Source of the DNA: an uncultured Prevotella sp.
Lineage (GTDB): Bacteria > Bacteroidota > Bacteroidia > Bacteroidales > Bacteroidaceae
DNA: 64,000 bases
Assembly (NCBI GenBank): GCA_946548085.1
Contig: CAMNPN010000001.1
Coordinates: 5,901-69,900, forward strand
Direction: 5' to 3'
This document shows positions 34,915-44,924 of this stretch, in pieces. Under the pieces are notes generated by a model. It worked only from the letters and a program-made list of their open reading frames with translations, was not told the origin of the DNA and searched no databases. Position 1 is the first letter of the stretch; each line of letters opens with the position of its first letter. The position numbers were made by a program, and so were the translations under genes.

Positions 34915-37395
34915 TTACTTCAGGTTTGCCAACAGGTTGTTCAGGCTGTTCTCGTCCTGTATCATGACCTCACGTGGCTTCGATCCCATCGCTGCACCTA
35001 CGACTCCGGCTTTCTCCAACTGATCCATCAAACGGCCTGCGCGATTGTAGCCGATGGCAAACTTACGCTGAATGAGTGAGGTAGAGCCACTCTGGTTGAT
35101 AACGATCAGACGTGCAGCATCCTCAAACAGCGGGTCGAGGTGCTGCATATCCACATCCTTGTCGCCACCGTCGCTGAAGTCTGCGTCGGGGGTGTCGGGC
35201 TCAGGCAGCTCGAACGGTGTGACATAACCCTGTTGCGAGGCGATGAAGTCGTTGATACGCTCCACCTCGGGCGTGTCGACAAAGGCACACTGCACACGTA
35301 CGGGCTCTGCGCCTCCCACGAGTGCGAGCAGGTCGCCTCGGCCTATGAGCTGCTGGGCGCCGGTGCGGTCGAGAATGGTCTTCGAGTCGATGCCTGCCGA
35401 CACCTTGAAAGCGATACGTGCGGGGAAGTTTGCCTTGATGTTACCCGTGATGATGGTGGTGGTGGGTCGCTGGGTGGCGATGACCATGTGTATACCAACG
35501 GCGCGTGCCAGCTGGGCGATACGGGCAATGGGCAGCTCGATCTCTTTGCCTGCGGTCATGATAAGGTCGCCGAACTCATCGATGATGACGACGATGTAAG
35601 GCATGAACCCGTGACCTCCGCGTGGTGGTATGCGACGCTCGATGAATTTCTTGTTGTATTCCTTGATATTGCGTGCTCCCACCTCTTTGAGCAGGTCGTA
35701 ACGTGTATCCATCAACTTGCAGAGCGAGTTGAGCGTGCGCACTACCTTGGTCACGTCGGTGATGATGGGGTCGGCATCCTCGTCGGGCACCTTCGCAAGG
35801 AAGTGGTTGATGAGTGAGTTGTAAATGGAGAACTCTACCTTCTTGGGGTCGACGAGCACAATCTTCAACTCTGCGGGATGCTTCTTATATAATAAAGAGG
35901 TGACAATCGCATTCAGTCCTACCGACTTTCCTTGACCTGTCGCACCAGCTACGAGCAGGTGGGGCGCCTTGGCCAGGTCAAACATATAGACCTCGTTGGT
36001 GATGGTCTTACCGATGGCGCAGGGCAGTTCCATCGTGGTCTCCTGGAATTTCTTGGAGTTAAGGATCGATTCCATCGATACGATTGAGGGCTTGGCGTTA
36101 GGCACTTCGATACCTACGGTACCCTTGCCTGGGATCGGGGCGATGATACGGATGCCGAGGGCCGCAAGCGAGAGGGCGATGTCGTCTTCCAGGTTCTTCA
36201 CCTTTGAAATGCGCACGCCTGGAGCCAGCGTGATCTCATACAGCGTGATTGTCGGACCGACGGTAGCCTTGATGCTCGAGATCTCAACGCCGAAAGTGCG
36301 TAGCACCTCTACAATCCTGTTCTTGTTGGCTGTCTGCTCAGCCATGTCTATATAGGGCTTACCGTCATTATCATATTTCTTCAACAGGTCGAGGGTGGGA
36401 TAGTGGTAGTTCTCCAGATCGCGCTTGGGATCATAGGGCTCGAGATCCTCCAGCGACGGGGCGACGGTCTTCTTGTCTGCTGCCTCATCGCCTTGGGTCG
36501 TCTCTATGTTAAAGTCAACGTCTGAAATTTCTGCCGACTTGCTTTTTTCAACAGAACTGTTACCGTCCTTATAACCGTTGTCAATCACCTCGGCTTCGCC
36601 GTCTTCCTTGAAATTGACGATCTGCACGTCGGGATCATCAAATACTGTCGGCTCGTCGTGCTCGTCCGTGTCATCATCATCCGATGCGGCAATCATATCT
36701 TCGTACGATTCTGTCTGCTCGTCAGGGTCGTTGTTTGTGATCTTGAATTTCACCTTGTCGAGGAACTTGCTCGGATTCAGCAGCTTACGGATGATAATGA
36801 TGGTCTCTGCACTCAGATAGGTGAGGAAGATGATGGCTGTCAGCCCGAGGATGGCCGTCAGTCCGGGGGTACCTACGAGGTTGCCCAGATAGTTGCAGAT
36901 ATACAAGCCGTGGTCGCCGCCGGGACTATAGCAGGTGTCGGTAAAGAAGGGTGCCAACAGGAGTGAGAATGCCACAGATGCCCAGATCATCATGATCATC
37001 AGTGAGAGGAACCACTTCAGCAGGTTCACCCTATAGGCTCTGGTCATGTGTATGCCTACCAGCAGCAGGAAAAGGGGGATGAGAAAAGCAGGCAGTCCGA
37101 AGCAGCGCTTGATGAAATACCAGGAACTCCAGGCACCAATGCTGCCGCAGGTGTTCATAAACTCATGGTGCTCGTTGAGGATCTCACCCTCACGCGGGTC
37201 TTCTATCAGGCTCTGGTCGGCGGCCCCTGTCGACAGGAACGACACGAATGCCAGTATCAGCACTATTGATACGAGCGCCAATGCTATGCCTATGGTGAAG
37301 TTCAGTGTCTCGTTGTAGAATATCTTGTCTAAGCTTAGCACGTTCAGCAGACTGGAACGTTTTTCTGCCTTTTTTTCTTTCTTCTTCTTTGCCAT
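34915..37395 (-). CDS. ftsK: DNA translocase FtsK
   Basis: 826 aa with N-terminal TM helices, an acidic linker, a motor domain with Walker A GATGQGKS, and a gamma-domain (SLIQRKFAIGYNRAGRLMDQLE). Confidence 0.95.
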   Translation of the reverse strand: MAKKKKEKKAEKRSSLLNVLSLDKIFYNETLNFTIGIALALVSIVLILAFVSFLSTGAADQSLIEDPREGEILNEHHEFMNTCGSIGAWSSWYFIKRCFGLPAFLIPLFLLLVGIHMTRAYRVNLLKWFLSLMIMMIWASVAFSLLLAPFFTDTCYSPGGDHGLYICNYLGNLVGTPGLTAILGLTAIIFLTYLSAETIIIIRKLLNPSKFLDKVKFKITNNDPDEQTESYEDMIAASDDDDTDEHDEPTVFDDPDVQIVNFKEDGEAEVIDNGYKDGNSSVEKSKSAEISDVDFNIETTQGDEAADKKTVAPSLEDLEPYDPKRDLENYHYPTLDLLKKYDNDGKPYIDMAEQTANKNRIVEVLRTFGVEISSIKATVGPTITLYEITLAPGVRISKVKNLEDDIALSLAALGIRIIAPIPGKGTVGIEVPNAKPSIVSMESILNSKKFQETTMELPCAIGKTITNEVYMFDLAKAPHLLVAGATGQGKSVGLNAIVTSLLYKKHPAELKIVLVDPKKVEFSIYNSLINHFLAKVPDEDADPIITDVTKVVRTLNSLCKLMDTRYDLLKEVGARNIKEYNKKFIERRIPPRGGHGFMPYIVVIIDEFGDLIMTAGKEIELPIARIAQLARAVGIHMVIATQRPTTTIITGNIKANFPARIAFKVSAGIDSKTILDRTGAQQLIGRGDLLALVGGAEPVRVQCAFVDTPEVERINDFIASQQGYVTPFELPEPDTPDADFSDGGDKDVDMQHLDPLFEDAARLIVINQSGSTSLIQRKFAIGYNRAGRLMDQLEKAGVVGAAMGSKPREVMIQDENSLNNLLANLK

Positions 37396-37490
37396 ATACT
37401 ATCTCTTTTCGCTATTTTGATGCAAAATTAGTTGAAAAAACTTAGATTTCATCATAAAATAATGTTTTTTTTGTAATTTTGCACCAAGAA

Positions 37491-38150
37491 ATGAAAAAGT
37501 TGATTTATAACAAGGTCGATAAGACCATGATTACGCATCTCAAGCGGGTGGAGTTCTATGGCAAGATTCATGTCGTGACTTCTGCCGACGAGGCGGAACG
37601 GGCAGTCGATTTCCTCCTGTCGCAGCCCTTGCTTGGTTTCGACACCGAGACGCGTCCGGCTTTCGTGAAGGGCGTGAATTACAAGTGTTCATTGCTGCAA
37701 GTCTCGACACGCACAGACTGCTTCCTCTTCCGGCTGAATACCATCGGTCTTTGTCCTGCCGTCGTGCGACTCCTTGGCGACGTTGAGGTGACCAAGGTGG
37801 GACTTGCCTGGAATAATGACATACTCTCGCTGAAACGACTTGGCAGCTTTAATCCTGGCCGTTTCATCGACCTGCAGGACATGGTGCGCGAGTTAGGTAT
37901 CGAGGACCAGAGTCTGGTGAAAATCTATGCCAACCTCTTCGGTGAGCGCATCAGTAAGGCTGAACGGCTCTCCAACTGGGAGCGCGGTGAGCTGAAGGAG
38001 AGTCAGCAGCTCTATGCCGCCATAGATGCCTGGGCCTGTGTTCGTATTTACAATGAGGTGCAACGACTGCTGGCGACTGGAGATTATGAACTGGTAGTCA
38101 GGTCTGATGAAGATAATTTGAATAGTCATAATGAAACAAGTCTATCTTAA
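37491..38150 (+). CDS. 3'-5' exonuclease domain protein (DEDDy, RNase D-like)
   Basis: Motifs LGFDTETRP, AWNNDILSL and YAAIDAWAC. A TAATTTTG box at 37474-37481 argues for the ATG at 37491 rather than the TTG at 37479. Confidence 0.8.
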   Translation: MKKLIYNKVDKTMITHLKRVEFYGKIHVVTSADEAERAVDFLLSQPLLGFDTETRPAFVKGVNYKCSLLQVSTRTDCFLFRLNTIGLCPAVVRLLGDVEVTKVGLAWNNDILSLKRLGSFNPGRFIDLQDMVRELGIEDQSLVKIYANLFGERISKAERLSNWERGELKESQQLYAAIDAWACVRIYNEVQRLLATGDYELVVRSDEDNLNSHNETSLS

Positions 38151-39333
38151 ACGCGGTAAGGAGGAGAGTCTGCTCCGATTCCATCCCTGGGTATTTTCAG
38201 GAGCTATCCAGCATGCCGACGAAGGTATTAGTGAGGGCGATGTGGTGCGTGTCGTCAACAATCAGGGCGATTTCATCGCTGTAGGGCATTATCAGATGGG
38301 GTCTATCGCCGTGCGCGTGCTCTCCTTTCATGACGAAAACATCGACGAGCCGTTTTGGGGCAGGCGATTGGCATCAGCCTTACAAGTGAGGCAGGCCATC
38401 GGCCTGGCCGACAGTCCGAGCAACAATACCTATCGCCTTGTGCATGGTGAAGGCGACCTGTTGCCGGGGCTGGTCATCGACGTCTATGGCCAGACGGCCG
38501 TGATGCAGGCTCACAGCGTGGGGATGCACGTCAGCCGCGAAGCCATCGCACGGCAGTTGGTTGAGGTGATGGACGGGCGGATTGCCCATGTCTATTATAA
38601 GAGTGAGACCACGCTGCCCGGTAAGTTGCGGGCCGACGAGCCGGGACTGGCTGCCGACGGTTCCCTGAGTTATTTCATCTACGGCGGAAGCGACGACAAT
38701 ACCGCGATGGAGAATGGCCTGCTGTTCTATGTCGACTGGCTGCGCGGACAGAAGACGGGCTTCTTCGTCGACCAGCGCGACAACCGTCTGCTGCTTGAGC
38801 GATTCGCCAAGGGTAAGCGGGTGCTGAATATGTTCTGCTATACCGGTGGATTCTCGTTTTATGCCATGCGGGGTGGGGCCGAACTGGTACATTCCGTCGA
38901 CAGCAGTGCGAAGGCCATCGAGCTCACCAACCGTAACGTCGAACTGAACTTCCCCGGCGATGCCCGCCATCAGGCTTTCTGCGAGGATGCCTTCTGCTAT
39001 CTTGAACAGGCTGGCAGTCAGTACGACCTGATTATCCTCGACCCACCGGCCTTTGCCAAGCATCGCGGTGCTCTGCACAATGCCTTAAAGGGGTACACCC
39101 GACTCAACTATAAAGCGTTCCAGAAGATTCAGCCAGGTGGCATACTCTTCACGTTCAGTTGTTCTCAGGTGGTCACGAAAGACCATTTCCGTAATGCGGT
39201 CTTTACGGCTGCAGCTCAGGCTGGCCGACAGGTGCGCATCCTGCATCAGTTGCACCAGCCTGCCGACCATCCCATTAACATCTACCATCCTGAGGGGGAA
39301 TATCTCAAGGGACTTGTCTTGTATGTGGAATGA
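38131..39333 (+). CDS. rlmI: Class I SAM-dependent rRNA methyltransferase (RlmI-like, PUA plus MTase)
   Basis: 400 aa. N-terminal PUA-like part (HPWVFSGAI), SAM-binding VLNMFCYTGGFS, and DPPAF. Confidence 0.8.
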   Translation: MKQVYLKRGKEESLLRFHPWVFSGAIQHADEGISEGDVVRVVNNQGDFIAVGHYQMGSIAVRVLSFHDENIDEPFWGRRLASALQVRQAIGLADSPSNNTYRLVHGEGDLLPGLVIDVYGQTAVMQAHSVGMHVSREAIARQLVEVMDGRIAHVYYKSETTLPGKLRADEPGLAADGSLSYFIYGGSDDNTAMENGLLFYVDWLRGQKTGFFVDQRDNRLLLERFAKGKRVLNMFCYTGGFSFYAMRGGAELVHSVDSSAKAIELTNRNVELNFPGDARHQAFCEDAFCYLEQAGSQYDLIILDPPAFAKHRGALHNALKGYTRLNYKAFQKIQPGGILFTFSCSQVVTKDHFRNAVFTAAAQAGRQVRILHQLHQPADHPINIYHPEGEYLKGLVLYVE

Positions 39334-40642
39334 GCATTACCTGTTAGGCCAGGTTAAAGATTTCATCGGGAAAAACCGGCTGCTGACGAAGGAGGGGCTG
39401 CACCTGGTGGCACTGAGTGGTGGTGCCGACAGCGTGGCATTGTTACGCGTCATGATGGCTTTAGGCTATCGGGTAGAGGCAGCCCATTGTAATTTCCATC
39501 TGCGTGGCGATGAGAGTGACCGCGATGAACAGTTTGCCAAGAACCTCTGTTATTCTTCAGACGTGCCACTTCACTTAATCCACTTTGATACAGCCGAATA
39601 CGCATCGTTGCATCAAGTAAGCATTGAGATGGCGGCACGCGAACTGCGCTATAGCTATTTCCGTCAGTTGCGCCACGACATCGGAGCTGAGACGGTCTGT
39701 GTGGCTCACCATCGTGACGATGCCGTAGAGACGCTGCTCATGAACCTCCTCCGTGGTGCCGGCATCCATGGACTGACGGGCATCCGTCCCCGAAACGGTG
39801 ACATCGTCCGTCCACTGCTTTGTGTCAGTCGTCAGGAGATCCTGCAGTATCTCGATTCCATCGGACAGGACTACGTCATCGACTCCACTAACCTGCAGCC
39901 CGACGTGCTGCGTAATAAGGTTCGTCTCAATCTCCTGCCGTTGCTCGAACAAATGTATCCCGGTGCTTCAGAGAATATCGCGCGTTCTGCCTATTATCTC
40001 TCCGAGGCCGAGAAGGTCTACAACGCGGAGATGGCCAATCTAACTCCTCGGGAAAAGAGATCAATTCTCTCGGCTCCATCGCCCCTTTGCCTGCTCCACG
40101 AGTGGCTCTCGCCGCTTGGCTTCAACCGCTCACAGATAGACCAGATACTTACCAGTCTTAACGGCGAGTCGGGCCGGGAATTTGTTTCTCCGACACATAT
40201 TCTTGTCATCGACCGTGAAAGCGTGGTGGTAGAGCCCGTCTGTGCCCCGTTGAAACCGCTCGTTATCCCAGAGTCTGGTACTTACCGCATCGATGAAACC
40301 GCCAAAATCCGCATCGAGGAGGTTGGGGTAGAGGCTGGCATCAGCCGCGACCCTGCCATCGCCACCCTCGACGCTGCCACCGTCCGTTTTCCACTCACCC
40401 TGCGCACCGTGGAGTCCGGCGACAGCTTCCAGCCTTTCGGCATGGAGGGACGGAAACTTGTGAGCGACTTCCTCACCGACCGTAAGATCAATCTCCTGGC
40501 CAAGCGACGTCAGCGTGTCGTCGTCGATGCTTCGGGTGCCATCGTCTGGCTCGTCGGCCTTCGTACCGACCACCGCTTCCGCGTCACCCCCCAGACTTCT
40601 TCCATTCTGAGGCTTTGCTTGCTACTAGCTGGACGCGAGTAA
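39323..40642 (+). CDS. tilS: tRNA(Ile)-lysidine synthase
   Basis: PP-loop LVALSGGADSVAL, then AHHRDD. The start at ATG 39323 overlaps the rlmI stop by 11 nt. The longer track ORF from 39137 lies inside rlmI. Confidence 0.9.
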   Translation: MWNEHYLLGQVKDFIGKNRLLTKEGLHLVALSGGADSVALLRVMMALGYRVEAAHCNFHLRGDESDRDEQFAKNLCYSSDVPLHLIHFDTAEYASLHQVSIEMAARELRYSYFRQLRHDIGAETVCVAHHRDDAVETLLMNLLRGAGIHGLTGIRPRNGDIVRPLLCVSRQEILQYLDSIGQDYVIDSTNLQPDVLRNKVRLNLLPLLEQMYPGASENIARSAYYLSEAEKVYNAEMANLTPREKRSILSAPSPLCLLHEWLSPLGFNRSQIDQILTSLNGESGREFVSPTHILVIDRESVVVEPVCAPLKPLVIPESGTYRIDETAKIRIEEVGVEAGISRDPAIATLDAATVRFPLTLRTVESGDSFQPFGMEGRKLVSDFLTDRKINLLAKRRQRVVVDASGAIVWLVGLRTDHRFRVTPQTSSILRLCLLLAGRE

Positions 40643-40717
40643 TCACCTTGGTGCTTCGTTTGTCTATGAGCGCATAATTGCCATCTCGGGATGGCAAAAT
40701 AAGGGGCGTGTTTATAA

Positions 40718-40796
40718 CGATGCCTGTTAAGGGTGTTGGAGATGCCTTGCACGACAGTAAAGGATGCCTTGTAACAGAGTAAGAGATGCGTATGGC
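40718..40796. repeat. Single copy of the GATGCCT-rich intergenic repeat
   Basis: cgatgcctgttaagggtgttggagatgccttgcacgacagtaaaggatgccttgtaacagagtaagagatgc aligns by eye at roughly 80 percent identity with both arms of 8438-8576. Confidence 0.75.
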
Positions 40797-41169
40797 AAAT
40801 ATCATCTACCGATGCTTCACAGGCAGTTGGCCATGAGCGAGGGGCTGACATATAAATAAGGGACCAGCACAAATGGGCAGGTCCCTTGACTTATCACTCT
40901 TTTAACTTCGGCTTGCGGGAGCTGAGAAGTTAATCATTCTGCTCTCTCCTCATGTCGGCCTTGGCCTCGAAATCGTAGACCTCATCACAATTATGAATAC
41001 CCCTGATGTCGCCACGGCCACAGGATGGAGCACAAGACCTCATGAGTCTGACGACTTCAACGGTTTCGTCAATCTTGGAGTGACGGCGGGACTGAGGTTT
41101 TACTTTCCCTGATTGGCTTATGCGCAGCGATATGTCAGAGTCCGCAGACCTGTCCGGCATCGACGGGCA

Positions 41170-43146
41170 TCAGCTGCGCTTCTCCTTGAGGATGCCGTGA
41201 CGGTAAGCGTAGAGCAACTTCTTGAGGTCGGCTACCTGGGTGCGCAGTTCCTCGCCCTTGTCGGTATCAGCGACAAGCATGCGGTGGGCTGACATCTCGA
41301 CGATCTGGGTGGTAGACTTGATGTCGGTTTCGCGGACGATGGCATCGCGGGCAGAGGTGAACGGCTCGTGCTGTACGAGCTGGAAACCGCGAGAGTGGTA
41401 GACGAGGGTGTATCCAGCGATGCCAGTCTCACTGTGATAGGCTTCTGAGAATCCGCCGTCGATGACCATCAGCCTGCCACCGGCCTTGATGGGATTCTCG
41501 CCCTTGGAGGCATGAACGGGTACATGGCCATTGATGATATGGCGCACGTTGCCCTTCACCTCGAAGGCATCGAGGATGCGGTCGCAGATCTCGGCAGAGT
41601 CGCGCAACTTGAAATAGTTTCCCTTCTCCTCCTTATACGTCTCCTTGTCCTTGAGGAAATACCGCTCGAAGGTGGCCATCTTCGACTTGTCGAAGAGGGG
41701 TGAGTCTTTGCCGCACCACAGATAGAGGAAAAAGTCGCGGGCATAGTCACGCGGGAACACCTGCAGCTCCTTGTCTACGCCCGACTCGAAGGCAGCGCGT
41801 ATCATCATGCCGATATTGTGCATGAGTGCCTTGCCGCTATAGCGCTGGCCTGGGTATATCTCTACTTCCTTGAGCGATCCATCGTCACAAAGGGGGATGG
41901 AGGCATGGAAAAGGAGGTTGGAGTTGGTGACGGTGTACATGCAGCCGTGGGAGAGCAGTGTACGGATATGCTTGTGAAGTTTCTCGGAGATACGGAACGA
42001 GTGGTGGAGCTTGTCCATGAGGTCTTTCTCTTCGGCCGTGAGGGTATTGGGTGATGCCGGGTCGATAGTGGGGAAGTGACAGCTCTTCATCTCGTAGTCC
42101 TTGCCATTGATGCGGCAGATGCCGCGTTCGTAGTCGATAGAGTCGAACAGGCAGCGGTCGTCCATCTTCCACTCGGGATGACGGTGGAACACCGTAGCCT
42201 CTTCCTTCAGCTGTATGACGGTGATAGCCTTATGCATACGGGCAGTGAGCAGGCTGGTCTTCTCGTCGAGCTGCTGGTTGTCGGCCAGTACCTTTGGCAT
42301 GAACTCCTCGCAAGGATCGTCGCCATAGGTGTCGAGGGCGAAGGTGGCCAGTGGCACGAGGTTGATGCCGTACTCCTCGATAGTGGCGAGGTTGGCATAG
42401 CGCAGGCAGAGGCGGAGAACGTTGCAGATACAGGCATTGTTGCCTGCCGAGGCTCCCATCCAGAGAATGTCGTGATTGCCCCATTGGATATCCCACGAAT
42501 GGTACTGCCGCAGCGTGTCCATAATTTTATGGGCGCCGGGGCCACGGTCGTAGATGTCGCCGAGGATATGCAGCTGGTCGATGGCCAGGCGCTGGATGAC
42601 GTTACAGATGGCAACGATAAAGTCGTCGGCACGGCCTGTGGAGATGATCGTATTGACGATGACGCTGACATAGGCGGCCTTGTCGCTATCGCTGAGGCTC
42701 TCGTGGAGCAGTTCCTCGATGATATAGGAGAAGTCTTCGGGCAATGACTTGCGCACTTTTGAGCGGGTGTACTTCGACGAGACATCACGACATACTTTCA
42801 CCAGCTGGTGGATGGTGATGCGGTACCAGTCGTCGAGATCGGTCTCCTGTGCCTTGATGAGCTCGAGTTTCTGTTCTGGATAGTAGATGAGTGTGCAGAG
42901 CTCTTTCTTCTCCGACTCACGTATGTCGTTGCCGAAAAGCTCATTCACCTTGCGCTTGATGTTTCCCGAGGCATTTTTCAGTACATGCTGGAAGGCCTCG
43001 CTCTCTCCGTGCAGGTCGGCGAGGAAGTGCTCGGTGCCTTTAGGCAGGTTCATGATAGCCTCAAGGTTGATGATCTCTGTTGAGGCCTCAGCGATGTTGG
43101 GAAACGACTGCGAGAGCAGCTGCAGGTAGTGCATATCGGTATCCAT
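41170..43146 (-). CDS. fbp: Fructose-1,6-bisphosphatase class 3
   Basis: 658 aa with metallophosphoesterase motifs LADLHGE, GDIYDRG and GNHD. Length and N-terminus are typical of class-3 FBPase. Confidence 0.9.
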   Translation of the reverse strand: MDTDMHYLQLLSQSFPNIAEASTEIINLEAIMNLPKGTEHFLADLHGESEAFQHVLKNASGNIKRKVNELFGNDIRESEKKELCTLIYYPEQKLELIKAQETDLDDWYRITIHQLVKVCRDVSSKYTRSKVRKSLPEDFSYIIEELLHESLSDSDKAAYVSVIVNTIISTGRADDFIVAICNVIQRLAIDQLHILGDIYDRGPGAHKIMDTLRQYHSWDIQWGNHDILWMGASAGNNACICNVLRLCLRYANLATIEEYGINLVPLATFALDTYGDDPCEEFMPKVLADNQQLDEKTSLLTARMHKAITVIQLKEEATVFHRHPEWKMDDRCLFDSIDYERGICRINGKDYEMKSCHFPTIDPASPNTLTAEEKDLMDKLHHSFRISEKLHKHIRTLLSHGCMYTVTNSNLLFHASIPLCDDGSLKEVEIYPGQRYSGKALMHNIGMMIRAAFESGVDKELQVFPRDYARDFFLYLWCGKDSPLFDKSKMATFERYFLKDKETYKEEKGNYFKLRDSAEICDRILDAFEVKGNVRHIINGHVPVHASKGENPIKAGGRLMVIDGGFSEAYHSETGIAGYTLVYHSRGFQLVQHEPFTSARDAIVRETDIKSTTQIVEMSAHRMLVADTDKGEELRTQVADLKKLLYAYRHGILKEKRS

Positions 43147-43150
43147 ATAT

Positions 43151-44215
43151 CTAATCTTTTATATTCAGGTGGTTTTCAAGTTGTTGCCGTATCTGTCGTG
43201 TCTGTCGGTTGTCGACAGGCGCCAGGGGCATGTATCCCTCGTCGAGAGCTGTCTGCTCTTCGAGTACTTGCATGAGTGACCGTGTGAAAGCGGTGAGCTT
43301 CTTCTCTTCGAGGCGTTCGGCGAGCTGGTCGTCATCGACGGTGTCGCGATAGAGCTCGCGAGTCAGTTCTATCAGATGCAGCAGCAGCGGCTGATGGCGT
43401 ATCTGACTGATGAAGCGCACGAGGTAATCGGTCTGCTTGCCCTTGTATTCGCCCACCTTCTCACGGATGGTGTGGGGAACCTCATAGTCGTCGGGGAAGT
43501 AGGCAGCGATATGGGTCGTGTCTATTGGTGGTACGCTCAACCCGAGGATGCTGATGCCATAGTCGACATAGTTGCGAATATTCTCATGTTCGGCGTAGAG
43601 TAGGAGGGCGCGCCAGTCGATATCCTCCGAAGGCAGGGCTACGGTCCAGCGGCGGTCGCCCATGATGCCAACCTTGATGATAGCCCGCAGCATGCGAGCT
43701 GTCGGCTCGTCCATTCGCTCGAGGGTATTAGAGTCGAGCACTTTCTGATAGAGGGCAAAGGTTGCCGTACACATCTCCTGACGGCTGATGGTGTTGGTGG
43801 TGACGGCATTATGTATCTCCACCGTTCGGCGATTCCAGCCTAACGCCTGGAAGTTGGTCTGTTCGAGCCTTCCTAACAGGATGACGGCGTATGCGCGACG
43901 GACGAGCTTCTTCTGCCAGATGATGGCCGACATTTTTCTATTGGCGTCCGTAGCCCACGGCTCCAACTGTCCGTGTAAAGTGAGCACCAGACGTGCCCCT
44001 TTGTTTACGACATTTATGATCGTGCGAACGGTCGAGGCGGAAGGGCATCCGTGACAATGGATGATATCTGGGACTTGCTCCTTCACTGCCTTCCGCAAAG
44101 CACTCAAACTGTCGGCTGTGTCTATCGTCACACTCTGTCTCAGCCCTTCGGTCAGCATGCTGACATGTTGGCTTATGAGAGATTCAGATTTCGGATAGAC
44201 AAACAGGACTTTCAT
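43151..44215 (-). CDS. Glycosyltransferase-like protein (GT4-type N-terminal domain only)
   Basis: 354 aa. MKVLFVYPK...IIHCHG resembles a GT4 N-terminal Rossmann half. I do not recognise the C-terminal half. Confidence 0.45.
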   Translation of the reverse strand: MKVLFVYPKSESLISQHVSMLTEGLRQSVTIDTADSLSALRKAVKEQVPDIIHCHGCPSASTVRTIINVVNKGARLVLTLHGQLEPWATDANRKMSAIIWQKKLVRRAYAVILLGRLEQTNFQALGWNRRTVEIHNAVTTNTISRQEMCTATFALYQKVLDSNTLERMDEPTARMLRAIIKVGIMGDRRWTVALPSEDIDWRALLLYAEHENIRNYVDYGISILGLSVPPIDTTHIAAYFPDDYEVPHTIREKVGEYKGKQTDYLVRFISQIRHQPLLLHLIELTRELYRDTVDDDQLAERLEEKKLTAFTRSLMQVLEEQTALDEGYMPLAPVDNRQTRQIRQQLENHLNIKD

Positions 44216-44243
44216 GATCAGTTTACAGTTGCGATGCTACAAA

Positions 44244-44909
44244 CTACTCAGTGTATAGAACGGTTGTGGATGACCGTCGCAAGATGTTTTCCCATAGAAT
44301 ACCGATTCGGATGCCTATCAGTTTCATAGTGGAGATTTTCTGTTCGAAGAGTCTCAGCAGGTCAAGGGTACGCTCCTTTCTTACGATGATAAAGTCATAT
44401 CGGCCCCAGGCGTAGTTGCCATACTTTCGTTCGCATACTTTGCTGATGCGACGCTCCATTCTCGTGATATGCCCTTCAGCCTGTTCGATGGTGTCAAAAG
44501 GCTGTAGGCGTATTCGCTTCTTCGACACATATCCCAACGTGAGTTCAGCCCTGGTGTCGAGCACCTCTGCCAATGCCTTGAAAACGTCGGTATCGGTTGG
44601 TGCAATGCTCAGCTTTGTCATGATAACATACTCATACTTAGCAGCTTTGATGCCGATGTTAAAGGCAAGCTTTCGACGGAATGTCTGTGCGTTTGGCTTT
44701 GGCAGGAAGGTGGTATAGAGTTGCTTGTATTTCTCTTTCAGCAGTTTCAGTACGTCGGGTGTTTCGTCGGTAGACGATTCGTCAACGACGATGACCTCAT
44801 AGCCTGGCTCGTACTCCTGTGTGAGGAAGGCAGGTAGCCGTTCCTCCAGCTCACGAGCTTGGTCAAAGACGGTCATGACGACTGAAAATGGATGCTGTTT
44901 GTTGTTCAT
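44244..44909 (-). CDS. Family 2 glycosyltransferase
   Basis: 221 aa. FSVVMTVFDQ...YEVIVVDESSTDETPDVL is a typical GT-A N-terminus. Confidence 0.75.
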   Translation of the reverse strand: MNNKQHPFSVVMTVFDQARELEERLPAFLTQEYEPGYEVIVVDESSTDETPDVLKLLKEKYKQLYTTFLPKPNAQTFRRKLAFNIGIKAAKYEYVIMTKLSIAPTDTDVFKALAEVLDTRAELTLGYVSKKRIRLQPFDTIEQAEGHITRMERRISKVCERKYGNYAWGRYDFIIVRKERTLDLLRLFEQKISTMKLIGIRIGILWENILRRSSTTVLYTE

Positions 44910-44924
44910 ATTTCAACTGTTTTC

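Noticed and set aside
39137-39322. Upstream extension of tilS given by the ORF track
   Set aside because: The extension lies inside rlmI in another frame. The conserved TilS N-terminus and PP-loop follow the ATG at 39323.
40930-41160. 76-aa minus-strand ORF downstream of fbp
   Set aside because: There is no -7 box, no recognisable motif and an Arg/Ser/Asp-rich composition, and it sits in a repeat- and hairpin-rich spacer. It could be real but I cannot support it.
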